Of a stretch of DNA of 64,000 nt, positions 8,942 to 21,956 are shown one piece after another. The stretch comes from Spirochaetia bacterium (GTDB taxonomy: Bacteria > Spirochaetota > Spirochaetia > SZUA-6 > Bin103): NCBI GenBank assembly GCA_965208575.1, contig CBDBOV010000004.1, positions 1,323,875-1,387,874 on the forward strand, given 5' to 3'. The position numbers and the translations under genes are program-made. Every line of letters begins with the position of its first letter. Position 1 is the first letter of the stretch. The notes beneath the pieces were generated by a model. It searched no databases, was not told the origin of the DNA, and saw only the letters and a list, made by a program, of their open reading frames with translations.

Positions 8942-10093
8942 ATGATGACCGGTGACGCCAGCCAAAGCGCGGTACTGGCGGCCGTAATGGCTGCGGTCGT
9001 CGTGACCGCGTGGCTGGTCAACGGTCTGCTCACGCCGGCGGTGACCCGCCTCGCCCACCGCCACAAGTGGTACGACATACCGGATTCGCGCAAGCTGCAC
9101 ACCGGCCTGATTCCGCGCATCGGCGGGCTTGCCATCTTCGTTTCCATGGCGCTGGCGATCGGCCTCGGGTTCACCGGCCTCGACCTCCTGGACCGGCTGG
9201 CCGCGACGCCGCCCGGGCCGCTCATTGCCGCCGCCGTCGGGGTGGCGATGATCTTCGCCGTCGGGCTGTACGACGACTTCGTACCGCTGCGCGCGCGCAC
9301 CAAGCTGCTCCTGCAGGTGATCGCCGCCACCGTCGTCGCCGCCAGTGGCATGCGCGTCGACAGTATCGCCATTCCGCTGCTCGGCAACCTGCACCTCGGC
9401 GGCATGGCCGTTCCCCTGACCGTGTTCTGGATCGTGGGAATGACCAACTCGGTAAACCTGATCGACGGCATCGACGGCCTGGCCGGCGGCATCTCGGCGA
9501 TTGCCGCGGCCTGCATGGCGATCATCGCGCTGCTGCAAGGCCACCTGCTGACCGCCCTGGTGGCGTTGGCGCTGTTCGGCGCACTCGGCGGCTTCCTGCT
9601 TCACAACTGGCCGCCCGCGTCGATCTTCATGGGCGACTCCGGCAGCCATCTGCTCGGCTTCGCGCTGGCCATACTCCCGTTCCTGGACATTGGCGGCGCC
9701 GCCACCCTGGGCACCCTCGTGGTACCCGCGACGCTGGTGCTGATCCCGATCGTGGACTGCGGCGCCGCCACCGTGCGCCGCATCCGCCAACGGCGCTCGG
9801 TCGGTTCGGCCGACACGGACCACATTCACTACGTCCTGCGTGCCCTCGGCATGTCGGACCGCAAGATTCTGCTGGCCGTGTACTCGGTGTGCGGCTACCT
9901 GGCCGTCGTGGCAATCACCACCACCCTGCTGCTGCGCGGCACGGCCCTCTACCTGTTCATGTTCATGGTGTCCTGGGCCGGCGTGCTGCTCGCCTACGGC
10001 ATCCTGGTGGCGCTGCACGCCCATCGCAGGCAGCGCCGCGGCGAAACCGGCTTTCAACGCGACGCCGGCAGCAACGGCCCGCGGCAGGCGTAG
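8942..10093 (+). CDS. MraY/WecA/TagO-family undecaprenyl-phosphate GlcNAc-1-phosphate transferase
   Basis: DIPDSRKLH..IPRIGGLAI, GLYDD, NSVNLIDGIDGLA, HNWPPASIFMGDSGS, DTDHIHY, and many transmembrane segments. Confidence 0.9.
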   Translation: MMTGDASQSAVLAAVMAAVVVTAWLVNGLLTPAVTRLAHRHKWYDIPDSRKLHTGLIPRIGGLAIFVSMALAIGLGFTGLDLLDRLAATPPGPLIAAAVGVAMIFAVGLYDDFVPLRARTKLLLQVIAATVVAASGMRVDSIAIPLLGNLHLGGMAVPLTVFWIVGMTNSVNLIDGIDGLAGGISAIAAACMAIIALLQGHLLTALVALALFGALGGFLLHNWPPASIFMGDSGSHLLGFALAILPFLDIGGAATLGTLVVPATLVLIPIVDCGAATVRRIRQRRSVGSADTDHIHYVLRALGMSDRKILLAVYSVCGYLAVVAITTTLLLRGTALYLFMFMVSWAGVLLAYGILVALHAHRRQRRGETGFQRDAGSNGPRQA

Positions 10094-10142
10094 CGGCGCG
10101 GGCCGTTGCCGCCGGCCGCGGCACCGTCAACCCGACGGTGAG

Positions 10143-11497
<1,355 letters not shown>

Positions 11498-11501
<4 letters not shown>

Positions 11502-12694
11502 ACCGCCTCCGCTACGAATCCGAGCAGCCGCTTCTCGGTCTGCGGCACCGGGATCGATATGGCGAACGTGCTGCCCGCGCCCGGCTTGCTGTCCAGCTCG
11601 ATCTCACCCATGTGCTCCTTGACGATCTTGTACACGAGCGTGAGCCCGAGTCCCGAACCGAAGTCGCGGGTCGTGAAGTAGGGCTCGAAAATCTTGCCCT
11701 GGATCTCCGGTGGAATGCCCGGCCCGGTGTCGCCGATACGGATGGTCACCGCGTCGGCGCCGGCGAACGACGACACCGACAACACCCGCGGACGGTCCCC
11801 TGACGGCATCTCCACCATCGCCGCGATCGCGTTCTTGATCAGGTTGAGCAGCGCCTCGCGCAGGTAGCGCTGATCCAGCAGCACCTGCGGCAGCTCGCGC
11901 CCCAGGTCTTCGCGCAGTTCGATCTCCGCCTCCTTCAATTCGGGGCGCAGCAGCCGCAGCAGCTCCTCCAGAACCTCGTTCACCTCGCCGCTGGCCAGGT
12001 CCACGTTCATGGGACGCACCGCGAACAGATAGTCCACCACGATCTGATTGAGGCGCGCGACTTCCTCTCCGATCACGTCGACCGCGTCGCGAATCGCCTC
12101 CCAGGCAACCGCGCCCAGGTCGTGCGGCTCGGCGCCGAGGTGCCGCTCGATCAACTGCAGGTGGATGCCTACCGCGCCAAGCGGATTCTTGATTTCGTGC
12201 GCCACGCCGGCGGTCAGCGTGGTCAGCGCGGCCAGCGACTCGGCGCGCCGCAGGCGCGCCTCGGTGGCGCGTCTCTCGGTGACGTCCTCGGCGTAAATCA
12301 GGTTGCCGGCCACCTGCCCCTCGTGGACCAGCGGCAGCACCCCGAAGCTCAGCGTGCGCGTCGCACCCGCGCTGATCGTGAACTCGCGGTCGCGCACGGT
12401 GTCGCGCCGTTGCACCGTGTCGCGCAGGAACTCCGCAATCTCCTCGTCGGCAACCGCCCTCCAGACCCGCTGCTGGGCGTACTCGTGGCTGCGCAGCGGC
12501 ACCAGGCGCACCGCCGCGCGATTGGCCAGCAGGATGTCGCCGTCCGTATTGGTCACCACGATGCCGCGCGCCATGGAGTCGAGCACCATGCCCAACAGGT
12601 CATTGTCGGATGCCAACTGGCGGAACAGCCCGCGCAACTGGGGTTGGTCGATCTTGTCGAGCCGTTCCACCGCCCGCTGATAAAACCCCCGCAT
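11498..12694 (-). CDS. PAS-domain sensor histidine kinase (Hk2-like)
   Basis: PAS-like region, AGVAHEIKNPL H-box, NLIKNA, DTGPGI, FEPYFTT, GSGLGL. Start at MRGFYQRA. Confidence 0.93.
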
Positions 12695-12702
12695 CTCTCC
12701 CG

Positions 12703-13917
12703 CTACCCTCCTCGCACCGTGCCGGCGCTGCGCCCGAGCGCGCTGCCGAGGCTCTGCAGCGCGTGCCGCGGCTGGATGCGCAGCGCCGCCACCCGTGCCG
12801 CGCACTGATCGACCTGGCGCGCCCAACCCTGCAGCAGCGCCGGTGAGCCGCCGCCGCGCAGGCGCACTAGCAGTTGCTCAGCCAACTCGTCCAGGAACAC
12901 CAGCAGCCGTTCCCGCTCGACCCGCTGCGGCAGGCCGGCTGCCTCGGCGTAGCCGCCCGGTGGGCCGGCAACCCAGCCGTCGCGATGGTCGCCCGGAACG
13001 GTGGCGGCGGCCAGAAAGCGTTCCACCTGCTCGCGCAACTCTCCCGTGTCCACCTCTCCCCAGGACAGGAAAAAGCCGCGCAGCGTGGCCTCCGGCGGCT
13101 CCTCGGTGCGAAAGATGCGCGCCAGCACTTCGCGCTGATGGGCACGGCTGCGCTCGCGCAGCGCGTACTCGCGCAGCCGCGACCGCAGCGTCGGGATCAG
13201 GGCATCGGCGCGCCGCGCCAGCAGAATCACGTAGGTGTCGGGCGGGGGTTCCTCCAGCAGCCGCAACAGCGCGTTGCGCGACGACTCGCCCAATCCGTCG
13301 GCATGCTCGATCAGCACCACCTTGCGCCCCTCCGGCCCGGCCAGGTGCAGCCAGCGCTCGACGTTGCGGATCTGGCTGATCGGCACGTTGTCGGTCTTGA
13401 CGGTTGCGGCCAGCCTGGCTGCCTGCGCCTCGATCTTGTCACACCGCCCGGCAAGGGCGGCGCCGGCCAGCTCCGGGGTCAGTCCTTCCAGCAGCTCGTG
13501 CAACTCGGTCACCGGTCCCAGCGCCGGCCGCAGCCGCGACTCGTCACCCTCCCACAGGATGCGGTCGTAGCGGCGCGTCAACTTGCGCACGGCGCGCACG
13601 AAGAAGAAGTGGGCAGCCGGCGAACTCGACCGGCGCAGCAGGTCGGCGCCGGCGCGGATCTCCGCCAGCCAGTAGCGCCAGCCCAGCAGGATCAGGTACG
13701 GGTAGCTCAGGTCGCGCGCTCTCGCACACGCCGCACAACTGCAGCCCCAGGCGCCGCTGCGCCGGCACGACAACCCGCGTGCCAGTTCCAGCGCCACCGA
13801 CAGCTTGCCGCAGTACGCCGGGCCGCTCAGCAGCAGGGCGCGCGGCAACCGTCCGGACGCCAGCTCCGTTCTCAGCACGCCGGTAACGGCGGCGTGGCCT
13901 ATGATGTTCTCGAACAC
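12703..13917 (-). CDS. DNA polymerase III delta-prime-like clamp-loader subunit
   Basis: MFENIIGH, ALLLSGP..GK, Cys zinc cluster, KVVLIEHAD..SRNALLRLLEEPP, LIPTLRSR. Confidence 0.75.
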   Translation of the reverse strand: MFENIIGHAAVTGVLRTELASGRLPRALLLSGPAYCGKLSVALELARGLSCRRSGAWGCSCAACARARDLSYPYLILLGWRYWLAEIRAGADLLRRSSSPAAHFFFVRAVRKLTRRYDRILWEGDESRLRPALGPVTELHELLEGLTPELAGAALAGRCDKIEAQAARLAATVKTDNVPISQIRNVERWLHLAGPEGRKVVLIEHADGLGESSRNALLRLLEEPPPDTYVILLARRADALIPTLRSRLREYALRERSRAHQREVLARIFRTEEPPEATLRGFFLSWGEVDTGELREQVERFLAAATVPGDHRDGWVAGPPGGYAEAAGLPQRVERERLLVFLDELAEQLLVRLRGGGSPALLQGWARQVDQCAARVAALRIQPRHALQSLGSALGRSAGTVRGG

Positions 13918-13926
13918 GCTAACACG

Positions 13927-14424
13927 CTAGACGAACGGCGCCTCCTGCGCGGACGGCAGCGCCGGGAACGGCATGATGTCGAGCAACCGCGGCACCAGCA
14001 GTTCCTGCACCCGCGAGTCGGCAAACCACGACTCGACGTCGACCACGGTCTGCACGTGCAGGAGAAACAGCAGCAGGTAGACCACGACCAGCCCCTCGGC
14101 GGCCCCCACCGCCAGCCCGAGGATGCGATCGAGCCCCTTCAGACGCATCGAGTTGAAGAAGCTCTCGAACAGCGCCTCCACCAGCTTGACCAGCAGGTAG
14201 CCGGCCACGAACAGCACCAGGGACGCCACCACCACGTTCCACCAGCCGTCGCCCCACCACTCGGCAAGTTGGCGCGCGGCCAGCGGGTGGCCAATGAAGG
14301 CGGCCGCAAGTCCCGCCGCGACCGCGCCGACGGAGAACACTTCCGCCACGAAACCGCGCACCGCCGCCCGTATTCCCGCCGCCAGCAAGATGACGCCGCA
14401 CACCACGTCGATGGCCGCCATCAC
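13927..14424 (-). CDS. cvpA: CvpA family membrane protein
   Basis: ID...RGFVAEVFS, four hydrophobic helices, LDRILGLAVGAAEG. Confidence 0.85.
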   Translation of the reverse strand: MMAAIDVVCGVILLAAGIRAAVRGFVAEVFSVGAVAAGLAAAFIGHPLAARQLAEWWGDGWWNVVVASLVLFVAGYLLVKLVEALFESFFNSMRLKGLDRILGLAVGAAEGLVVVYLLLFLLHVQTVVDVESWFADSRVQELLVPRLLDIMPFPALPSAQEAPFV

Positions 14425-15569
14425 TCCACTCCCGCACCGTGGCCGGGTGCCGCGCTCCCGCCCGCGGCGTGTCCGTCGCCGCCGGTCTGCGCCACGATCG
14501 CCGCAATGCGCCGCGCCGCCGCGCGGTCCGCCAGCGCCGCCATGGCGCGGCCCATGGCGGCGCGCCGCGCCGGATCGGTGCGCAACTCTTCCAACACCGC
14601 GATCAACTTCGCCGCCGACGCCTGCTCCTCCGGCATCGCCAGCGCCGCTCCGCGCTCGGCAAACAGCCGCGCGTTGGCAAGCTGCTCACCGCGGCTCTGC
14701 GTGCGCGGCAGCGGAATGAGCACCGCCGGCGTGCCGGTCGCGGCCAGCTCGCCGAGCGTATTGGCGCCGGCCCGGCTCACCACCACGTCCGCCGCCGCCA
14801 GCAGGTCGGCGAATCCTTCGTTCACGAACGTGACCGCCCGGTAGCGTCCCGCCGCCTCCGGCGGCACCCCGCCGCCGCGCGGTTGCCACGCCGGCCCGGT
14901 CTGATGCACCACGAACCAGTGCCGGGCGACGGCCGGCAGCGCGCCGTGGATCAACTCGTTGACGGCACGCGCGCCGCTGCTGCCGCCGGTGACCAGCAGC
15001 ACCGGCAGCCCGTCCGGCACCGCGAGCCGCGCCCGCGCGCGCGCCGCGTCGCCCAACTCCAGGCCGGTGCGCAGGGGGTTCCCGGTAACGCGCACGCGGC
15101 CGTGCACGCGCGGCGGCAACAGGGCACGGGTAGCATCGAAGGCAACCAGCACGGTACGGGCCATGGTAGCATTGATGCGCGTCGCAAGCGCAGGCGTGGC
15201 ATCCGACTCGTGCGTGATCACCGGGATGCGCAGCAGCCGCGCCGCGATTACCGGCGGCACGCTGACGTAGCTGCCCTTGGCGAACAGCACCGCCGGGCGC
15301 AGCACCGCCAGCAGGAGCAGTGCGCGCGCACAACCGGCCGCCACCAGCACCAGGTCGGAGAGGTTGCGCAGCGACAGGTAGCGGCGCAGCTTGCCCGCCG
15401 GAATGGCATGGAACGGCACGCCGGCGGCGCCTACCAGTTCGCGCTCGGACGGCAGCCGCGAGCCGATCCACGCTGCCTGCCAGCCGTGCCGGCGCAACTC
15501 GTCGATAACCGCGAGGCCGGGGATGATGTGTCCGGCGGTCCCGCCGCCGGTGAACACCGCTAACGGCAT
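14421..15569 (-). CDS. murG: UDP-GlcNAc:lipid I N-acetylglucosamine transferase
   Basis: FTGGGTAGHIIPG, AGKLRRY, HESD, TGNPLR, VTGGSSGA, VVSRAGANT, EQLANA. Confidence 0.95.
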   Translation of the reverse strand: MPLAVFTGGGTAGHIIPGLAVIDELRRHGWQAAWIGSRLPSERELVGAAGVPFHAIPAGKLRRYLSLRNLSDLVLVAAGCARALLLLAVLRPAVLFAKGSYVSVPPVIAARLLRIPVITHESDATPALATRINATMARTVLVAFDATRALLPPRVHGRVRVTGNPLRTGLELGDAARARARLAVPDGLPVLLVTGGSSGARAVNELIHGALPAVARHWFVVHQTGPAWQPRGGGVPPEAAGRYRAVTFVNEGFADLLAAADVVVSRAGANTLGELAATGTPAVLIPLPRTQSRGEQLANARLFAERGAALAMPEEQASAAKLIAVLEELRTDPARRAAMGRAMAALADRAAARRIAAIVAQTGGDGHAAGGSAAPGHGAGVE

Positions 15570-15622
15570 GCCGTGCCGGGCGCCGCCCGCCTGGCTTGCT
15601 TCACCCGTGCTCCGCCCGTAGG

Positions 15623-16429
15623 ATGGCCGCCGTGACCACCGCCCGTTGCCGGCGCCGGCCGGGACCGCGCATCGTGCTGCCGGGCATGCTCCTCCTTGTC
15701 CTGACCGGCACCCTCGCCGACGCCGTGTGTCCATCGCAACTGGCGCGCGTGATACCGGACGGCGACACCCGGGCGCGGCTCCTGGCGGAGGGTCTGGAGG
15801 TGCCGCTGACCACCGCCGGTCCGGCGCTGACCCCGGAGCTGGCCGGCCGGGCGCTCATCGTCGAGTGGCTCAAAGCGATTCCGGTGACGTACGGGGCCGA
15901 AGTCCTGCGCCTCATCCCGCACGGCGGCGGCACAGGCTGCCGGTGGACCGATCTGTACAACCATCTACGCGCGGTGAGCACCTTGCAGGGCATCGAATAC
16001 TACTCCGGAAGTCGCGGCTACCATCGTACGCTGTACCACAGGTCGTACGCCATAGCGGGACCCGACGACCGCACGCCGCTGCCCGATCCGGTGGCGAGCG
16101 CGGTGCCGGCGAGTGCCACGCTGTACCTGGTCCAGGAAGACTCCACGTTCGGCAGCAACGTCTACCAGGCCGATTATCGGTTCGACGGCGCGACCATTAC
16201 CATGCAGGTGCAAAACCTCACCACCATGTGGTGGTCGATTCTTCCGCTGGTCAACCCGGGCGACTTCCGCAGCGTCCTGGCCGTCACTCCCACCGACCAG
16301 GGGCTGCTGTTCTACGCCGCGGCAGGAATCCATACGATCGCCATCGGTGGGGTACGGGAACGCAGCCAGACTTCGTTGCGCAACCGTCTCGATGCGCTGG
16401 AGCGCTGGCTGCGCGCACGCGTGCCATAA
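15623..16429 (+). CDS. Exported hypothetical protein of a spirochete-type family
   Basis: Hydrophobic N-terminal stretch; globular body with LRAVSTLQGIEYYSGSR and QEDSTFGSNVY. Divergent from murG. Start uncertain. Confidence 0.6.
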   Translation: MAAVTTARCRRRPGPRIVLPGMLLLVLTGTLADAVCPSQLARVIPDGDTRARLLAEGLEVPLTTAGPALTPELAGRALIVEWLKAIPVTYGAEVLRLIPHGGGTGCRWTDLYNHLRAVSTLQGIEYYSGSRGYHRTLYHRSYAIAGPDDRTPLPDPVASAVPASATLYLVQEDSTFGSNVYQADYRFDGATITMQVQNLTTMWWSILPLVNPGDFRSVLAVTPTDQGLLFYAAAGIHTIAIGGVRERSQTSLRNRLDALERWLRARVP

Positions 16430-16441
16430 CCCGCACTCGCT

Positions 16442-18082
16442 CTACGCCGCCGCCGGGCCGACCGCCTGCAGGACGATCATCAGCACCCCGATCGCCGCCC
16501 CGATCACCGCCCCGAACAGCTTCACCCACTTCAGGTGGCGCTCCATGACGGTGAGCAGGAGCTGCTCCACCGCGCGCGCATCAAGAGAGTCGATCCTGGC
16601 CACCACCATCGCTTCGACGTCCACCGTGGCCAGCAGCGACGGCAGCCGGTCGGAGAGGAACGCGATGCTGCGCCGGGCCAGGAACCGGTCCAGCTCTTGC
16701 GCGGTGTCCGGTGCGACCGACACCACGTCCTGCACGGTCGCGGAACCGGCGTCGGCGGCGTCGCCGAGCGCGCCGCTGACCATGCCGGGAATCTGCTCGG
16801 CCAGCCGGCTGGCGGTCTCCGGCCGGGCCAGTGCCGCCAGCAACAGGTTGGACAGGGCATCGGCCACCGCCGCCGGCTGCACGCCGAGGTGGCGCGCCGC
16901 CAGTTCAGCCACCGATGCGTCCTCCTGCTCGCGGTACCAGCCCTCGACCGCGCGCACCACCGGCGACCCGCCCGAGTTCGGCCCGTCGCCGGCCAGCGCG
17001 TCGAACACGCGGCGCACCAGGTGATCGACCAGCGCGTCGAGCTGCTCGGCGGTGTCTCCCGTCAGCTCGCGCACGCCGCGCTCTCCCCACCGGTTCAGGG
17101 CGCTGCGCGCCGCCGCCACGATCTGCTCCTGCACCGCGGGCGTGCCGGTCGCCGCCTCGGCCTGGGCGATCACGTCGGTCACGATCTCGGGCATGCGCTC
17201 ACGGAGACTCTCGTCGTACTGCCCGACGGTCACGAACATCCGCTGCATCACGTTGAGCTTGTCGAGAATGTCACGCAGCAGGGCGCGGCCGCGCACCTCC
17301 AGTTGGCGCCTCATCTCGGCACCGCGCAACCAGGTGAACAGCGCCTCCAGCAGCGCCGGCAGGTTGCGCTGCAACAGTTCGGCCAGCAGGTCGACCGTGT
17401 CGGGAGTAAGGAACCGGTTCAGCGGCGTGTTCTGTTCGCGGCGGCGGCGCAGCCACCGCCGCACCGCGGCAGCGACCTGCGCGCGAACGGCGCTCCCGGT
17501 CAGCGCCGGCAGCACGCCGCCGGCCACCAGCCGGGTGAGCTGGTCGGCGGTTACCAGGTCGCGCAGCCGGCGCGCGCCGAGGTCGTCCACCAGCCGCTCC
17601 ACCAGGGAGCGCACCCCGTAGATGAACGCGCGCGAGCCGACCAGCCGGCGCAGCATCTGTTCCATGATCCGCCGCACCAGGTGCGGCCAGTCGATCGGGG
17701 CGCCGGTCTGCCCCGCGGGCGCCTCCCCGCCGCCGCGGCCGCCGCCGACCGCGGCCGCCAGGTCGGCCAGGGGCTTGCGCGCGATCGCCTCGCGCACGGT
17801 GCGGAACTGCGCCTCCAGCATACGGCCGAACGCCTCCGACTCAAGCCGCTCACGCAGCGTCTCGGCGGACAGCAGTTGGCGCGACACCATGCGGCCGATG
17901 CTGCGCGCGAGCTCTCCGCGGCGGCGCGGTATGATGCCCGGCGTCAGCGGCACCGGAATGCCGAACAGGTGCTTCCGCGTCAGCGGGCGAAACAGCATGC
18001 GGATGGCGAGCGCGTTGGTCAGGTAGCCGATGGCGCCGCCCCACACCAGCGGCAGCACCCAGTTGAGAATGATCGTCTGCAC
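16442..18082 (-). CDS. DUF445 family membrane protein
   Basis: GGAIGYLTNALAIRMLFRP..TPGIIPRRR at the N-terminus; C-terminal HLKWVKLFGAVIGAAIG. Confidence 0.85.
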   Translation of the reverse strand: MQTIILNWVLPLVWGGAIGYLTNALAIRMLFRPLTRKHLFGIPVPLTPGIIPRRRGELARSIGRMVSRQLLSAETLRERLESEAFGRMLEAQFRTVREAIARKPLADLAAAVGGGRGGGEAPAGQTGAPIDWPHLVRRIMEQMLRRLVGSRAFIYGVRSLVERLVDDLGARRLRDLVTADQLTRLVAGGVLPALTGSAVRAQVAAAVRRWLRRRREQNTPLNRFLTPDTVDLLAELLQRNLPALLEALFTWLRGAEMRRQLEVRGRALLRDILDKLNVMQRMFVTVGQYDESLRERMPEIVTDVIAQAEAATGTPAVQEQIVAAARSALNRWGERGVRELTGDTAEQLDALVDHLVRRVFDALAGDGPNSGGSPVVRAVEGWYREQEDASVAELAARHLGVQPAAVADALSNLLLAALARPETASRLAEQIPGMVSGALGDAADAGSATVQDVVSVAPDTAQELDRFLARRSIAFLSDRLPSLLATVDVEAMVVARIDSLDARAVEQLLLTVMERHLKWVKLFGAVIGAAIGVLMIVLQAVGPAAA

Positions 18083-18110
18083 GAAATCCCGCGGCCCGCC
18101 GCCCGCCGCG

Positions 18111-18566
18111 TCAGTTGCCCGCGGCGCGCACGGCGCGCACCAGGGCCTCCACCTCTGCCGCGGCGGTGCCCGGAGTCACCATCTCGAGGTGGGAGCCGAA
18201 CACCCAGCCGCGCACGCCCTGATGGGAGACTTCGAACCAGTGGTCTACGTTGCCGGCGACCCGCTCCTCGAATTCACCGCGCCGCACCACCTCCACCACC
18301 TCGCCGCGGCGGAAGTGCGACAACACCTCCGCTCGCACCGACGGCTGGGCGCGCACGCGCAGGGAGTCGGCCGCGATGACGGCGCGCTGCTCGCTGGTGG
18401 AGATGACTGACGTTGCGGGCAGCACCAGGTGCCCCGCGGAGGACTCCTGCTTCTGGCAGCCGGTCAACGCCGCGGCCAGCGCCACCGCGGCCAGCACGCC
18501 CGCGGCGCCGGCCCCGCGGCGCACGCACCCGACGCGGCGCAACCACCTCCTGTTACCCCTCGACAT
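18111..18566 (-). CDS. SH3 (SH3b) domain lipoprotein
   Basis: Lipobox ALTGC; LRVRAQPS...W.EV..GVRGWVFGSHL. Confidence 0.8.
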   Translation of the reverse strand: MSRGNRRWLRRVGCVRRGAGAAGVLAAVALAAALTGCQKQESSAGHLVLPATSVISTSEQRAVIAADSLRVRAQPSVRAEVLSHFRRGEVVEVVRRGEFEERVAGNVDHWFEVSHQGVRGWVFGSHLEMVTPGTAAAEVEALVRAVRAAGN

Positions 18567-18581
18567 CAGCTTGACCGGTGC

Positions 18582-20603
18582 CTAACGCGGGGCTGCCGGC
18601 GCACCGGCCGGCTGCGCGCCCTCCAGCTCCCTCAGCTTCTCGATCTCGTCGCGTAGCACTGCCGCGCGCTCATATTCCAGGTCCTTGGCCAGCTCCAGCA
18701 TCTCTTTCTCCAGGGTCCGGATCAGCGCCCGGCGCTCCTTCGGCACCAGCACGTTGAAGCGCTGCTTGACCACTTCGACATCGAGCTTCTCCGCGGACGT
18801 CTTCTCCTCGCTCTTGCGCACCAGCAGATCCTGCACCGCCTTGCTGATCGTGGTCGGCGTGATGCCGTGCTCGGCATTGTACGCCAACTGGATAGCCCGG
18901 CGCCGCGCGGTCTCGGCGATCGCGTCGCGCATCGACTCCGACTCCCGGTCGGCATACATCACTACCCGTCCATTCACGTTGCGGGCGGCGCGCCCGATGA
19001 TCTGGATCAGCGACGTGGTCGAACGCAGGAAGCCGATCTTGTCGGCGTCGAGGATGGCGATCAGCGACACCTCCGGCAGGTCGAGGCCCTCGCGCAGCAG
19101 GTTCACCCCCACCAGCACGTCGAATTGGCCGGCGCGCAGGTCGCGCAGAATCTCCACCCGCTCGAAGGTGTCCACCTCGGAGTGCAAAAAGCGGCAGCGC
19201 ACGCCGATGTCGGCGAGGTAGTCGGACAGGTCCTCGGCCATGCGCTTGGTCAAGGTGGTGACCAGGGTGCGTTCGCCGCGCCCGATGCGCTCGCGGATGC
19301 GCCGGTACAGGTCCTCGATCTGGCCGGCCGAATGGCACACCTCTATCTGTGGATCCAGCAAACCCGTCGGCCTGATGATCTGCTCCACCACCTGCGCCGA
19401 GGTGCGCAGTTCCTCCGCCGCGGGCGTGGCCGACACGTACACGACCCGCTCCATCAGCGCCTCGAACTCGCCGAACGTGAGCGGACGGTTGTCCAGCGCC
19501 GACGGCAGCCGAAAGCCGTGATCCACCAGCGCCTGCTTGCGCGAGCGGTCGCCCTCGTACATGGCGCCGATCTGCGGCACGGTAACGTGCGACTCGTCGA
19601 TGAATACCAGGAAGTCCTGCGGGAAGAAATCGAGCAGGACCGCCGGACGCTCGCCGGCGTGCCGGCCGCTCAGGTGGCGCGAGTAGTTCTCGACGCCGCT
19701 GCAGTAACCGATCTCGGCCAGCATCTCCAGGTCGTACTCGCAGCGGGTCATCAGCCGCTGCGCCTCCACCAGCTTGCCGTGCGCCAACAGCGCTTCGTGG
19801 CGCTCGGTCAGTTCGGCGCGAATCGCCTGCACCGCGCGTTCGACGCGCTCCTCCGGGGTTACGAAGTGCTTGGCCGGATACACCGCCGCGAACTCGAGCT
19901 CGGCCAGGGTGTCGCCGGTGAGCGGATCGATGCGGCGCAGGCGTTCGATCTCGTCGCCGAAGAACTCGATCCGCAACCCCTCCCTGGCGTGCGGCGGCAG
20001 CAGCTCCAGCACCTCGCCGCGGCTGCGGAACCCGGCCCGCATCAGCACTGCGTCGTTGCGTGAATACTGCAGGGACACCAGCCGGCGCATCAGGCGGCGC
20101 GGCTCTATCTCCATGCCGAGCTGCAATTCGACCCGCATGTCGCGGTAGTCCTCGGGGCTGCCGAGGCCGTAGATGCACGACACCGTCGCCACCACCACCA
20201 CGTCGCGGCGCTCCATCAGGGCCGTGGTCGCCCCCAGCCGCAGGCGTTCGATCTCTTCGTTGATGGAGGCGTCCTTCTCGATGTAGAGGTCGCGGCTCGC
20301 CACGTACGCCTCCGGCTGGTAGTAGTCGTAGTAGGAGACGAAGTACTCGACCGCGTTGTGCGGCAGAAAGTCCTTGAACTCCCGGTACAGTTGCGCCGCG
20401 AGGGTCTTGTTGTGCGACATGACCAGCGCCGGCACCTGCGCCGCCTCGATGATCTTGGCCATCGAGAACGTCTTGCCGGAGCCGGTTACCCCCTTCAGGG
20501 TCTGGTAGCGATGGCCGGACGCCAGCCCCTTGCTCAGGGCGGCGATCGCCGGTCCCTGGTCGCCGGCCGGACTGAAATCGGAAACAACCTCGAATGCTGG
20601 CAT
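18582..20603 (-). CDS. uvrB: Excinuclease ABC subunit B
   Basis: [60 protein letters not shown] domain. Confidence 0.98.
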   Translation of the reverse strand: MPAFEVVSDFSPAGDQGPAIAALSKGLASGHRYQTLKGVTGSGKTFSMAKIIEAAQVPALVMSHNKTLAAQLYREFKDFLPHNAVEYFVSYYDYYQPEAYVASRDLYIEKDASINEEIERLRLGATTALMERRDVVVVATVSCIYGLGSPEDYRDMRVELQLGMEIEPRRLMRRLVSLQYSRNDAVLMRAGFRSRGEVLELLPPHAREGLRIEFFGDEIERLRRIDPLTGDTLAELEFAAVYPAKHFVTPEERVERAVQAIRAELTERHEALLAHGKLVEAQRLMTRCEYDLEMLAEIGYCSGVENYSRHLSGRHAGERPAVLLDFFPQDFLVFIDESHVTVPQIGAMYEGDRSRKQALVDHGFRLPSALDNRPLTFGEFEALMERVVYVSATPAAEELRTSAQVVEQIIRPTGLLDPQIEVCHSAGQIEDLYRRIRERIGRGERTLVTTLTKRMAEDLSDYLADIGVRCRFLHSEVDTFERVEILRDLRAGQFDVLVGVNLLREGLDLPEVSLIAILDADKIGFLRSTTSLIQIIGRAARNVNGRVVMYADRESESMRDAIAETARRRAIQLAYNAEHGITPTTISKAVQDLLVRKSEEKTSAEKLDVEVVKQRFNVLVPKERRALIRTLEKEMLELAKDLEYERAAVLRDEIEKLRELEGAQPAGAPAAPR

Positions 20604-20610
20604 GCCGTCC

Positions 20611-21828
20611 TTAAGAGAAGTACTCCTGAACGTGCCGCGCGCGGCGGCTCAACACGACGGTGGTGGCGCGACGCCGCGCGCCGCGCTGGTATACCACCTC
20701 GACGCGGTCGCCCGGCTTGTTGTCCTCGAGCGCATTGAACAGATCGGCGATGGTGTCGGTGGCGGTGCCGTCCACGGCAACGATGATGTCGCCGCCGACG
20801 CGGAATACCGAGCGCCCCCAGCGTACCGGCTGGTCGCCGCCGCGCAGGCCGGCGGCCGCCGCATTGCCGCCGGCGATTGCCTCGGACACGAGAATGCCGC
20901 GCTCCACCGGCAGGTTCAACTGGCGGACCAGGCGCGGGAACAACTGCACCGGCCGCACGTCGATCCAGCCGCGCCGTACCTCGCCATGTCGAATCAGCTC
21001 CGGGAGCACGCGCCGCGCGGTGTCGATCGGCACCGCGAAACCGATCCCGACCGAGCCGCCGGACGGCGAGATGATGGTGGTGGTGATGCCGATCATCTCG
21101 CCCCGCGAGTTGAGCAGCGGGCCGCCCGAGTTGCCGGGATTCACCGATGCGTCGGTCTGGATCATCTCCTGGATGATCGCACCGCTGTCGGCTCGCACCG
21201 GCCGGCCGAGCCCCGACACCACGCCGGTGGTCAGGGTACGGCTGAGGGCGAACGGATTGCCGATCGCCAGCACCTTCTGGCCCACCAGCAGATCGGCCGA
21301 GCGGCCGAACGGGATCACCGTGAGATGCAGCCCGCGCGGATCGAGCTTGATCACGGCAAGGTCGTTTTCCGGGTCGACGCCGATCACCCTGCCCTCGCGC
21401 TCCTCGCCGCCGGCCAGGGTCACGCTCACCTCGCGGGCGCCGCCCACCACGTGGTAGTTGGTCAGAATGTGACCCTCCCGGTCGATCACCGTGCCGGACC
21501 CGGCGCCCGACCCGTACCGCGGCACCGCGTTCAGGAACCAGTGATGCTCCGGCATCAGGGCGGAGACGTTGACCACCCCCTCGTTGTACCTCTGGTATAT
21601 CTCGATGTTGTTGGCTTCGTCGTTCGAATGGCCGGCGGCGGCTGAGCGGAACTGTACCGGCAGGACCGGCGCCGGCGCCGGGCGAGCGGCCACCGCCGCA
21701 ACCACCGGGGAGGCGCCCGCGGCGCGCGCTTCGGCGAGCGCCGTGCCAAGCAGGAACCCGATGCCGGCGCCGGTTACGGCGGCGATGCCCACGCTCACCA
21801 CAAGGTGCCGGCCACGGTGCGATCCCAT
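20611..21828 (-). CDS. HtrA/DegQ-like trypsin serine protease with one PDZ domain
   Basis: ILTNYHVV (His), DLAVIK (Asp), [16 protein letters not shown] (Ser), [13 protein letters not shown]-terminal membrane anchor. Confidence 0.92.
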   Translation of the reverse strand: MGSHRGRHLVVSVGIAAVTGAGIGFLLGTALAEARAAGASPVVAAVAARPAPAPVLPVQFRSAAAGHSNDEANNIEIYQRYNEGVVNVSALMPEHHWFLNAVPRYGSGAGSGTVIDREGHILTNYHVVGGAREVSVTLAGGEEREGRVIGVDPENDLAVIKLDPRGLHLTVIPFGRSADLLVGQKVLAIGNPFALSRTLTTGVVSGLGRPVRADSGAIIQEMIQTDASVNPGNSGGPLLNSRGEMIGITTTIISPSGGSVGIGFAVPIDTARRVLPELIRHGEVRRGWIDVRPVQLFPRLVRQLNLPVERGILVSEAIAGGNAAAAGLRGGDQPVRWGRSVFRVGGDIIVAVDGTATDTIADLFNALEDNKPGDRVEVVYQRGARRRATTVVLSRRARHVQEYFS

Positions 21829-21956
21829 TCCGCGCACCAATGTACCACGACACGGGGCATTCGGGGGCGTTCGGATTATCGGGGCCGGCCGCGGCGCGCG
21901 CGGTCAGCCGGCGCCGGGCCCCCGCGGCGGTGGGGGACCGGCGCCGGTATGCCGGC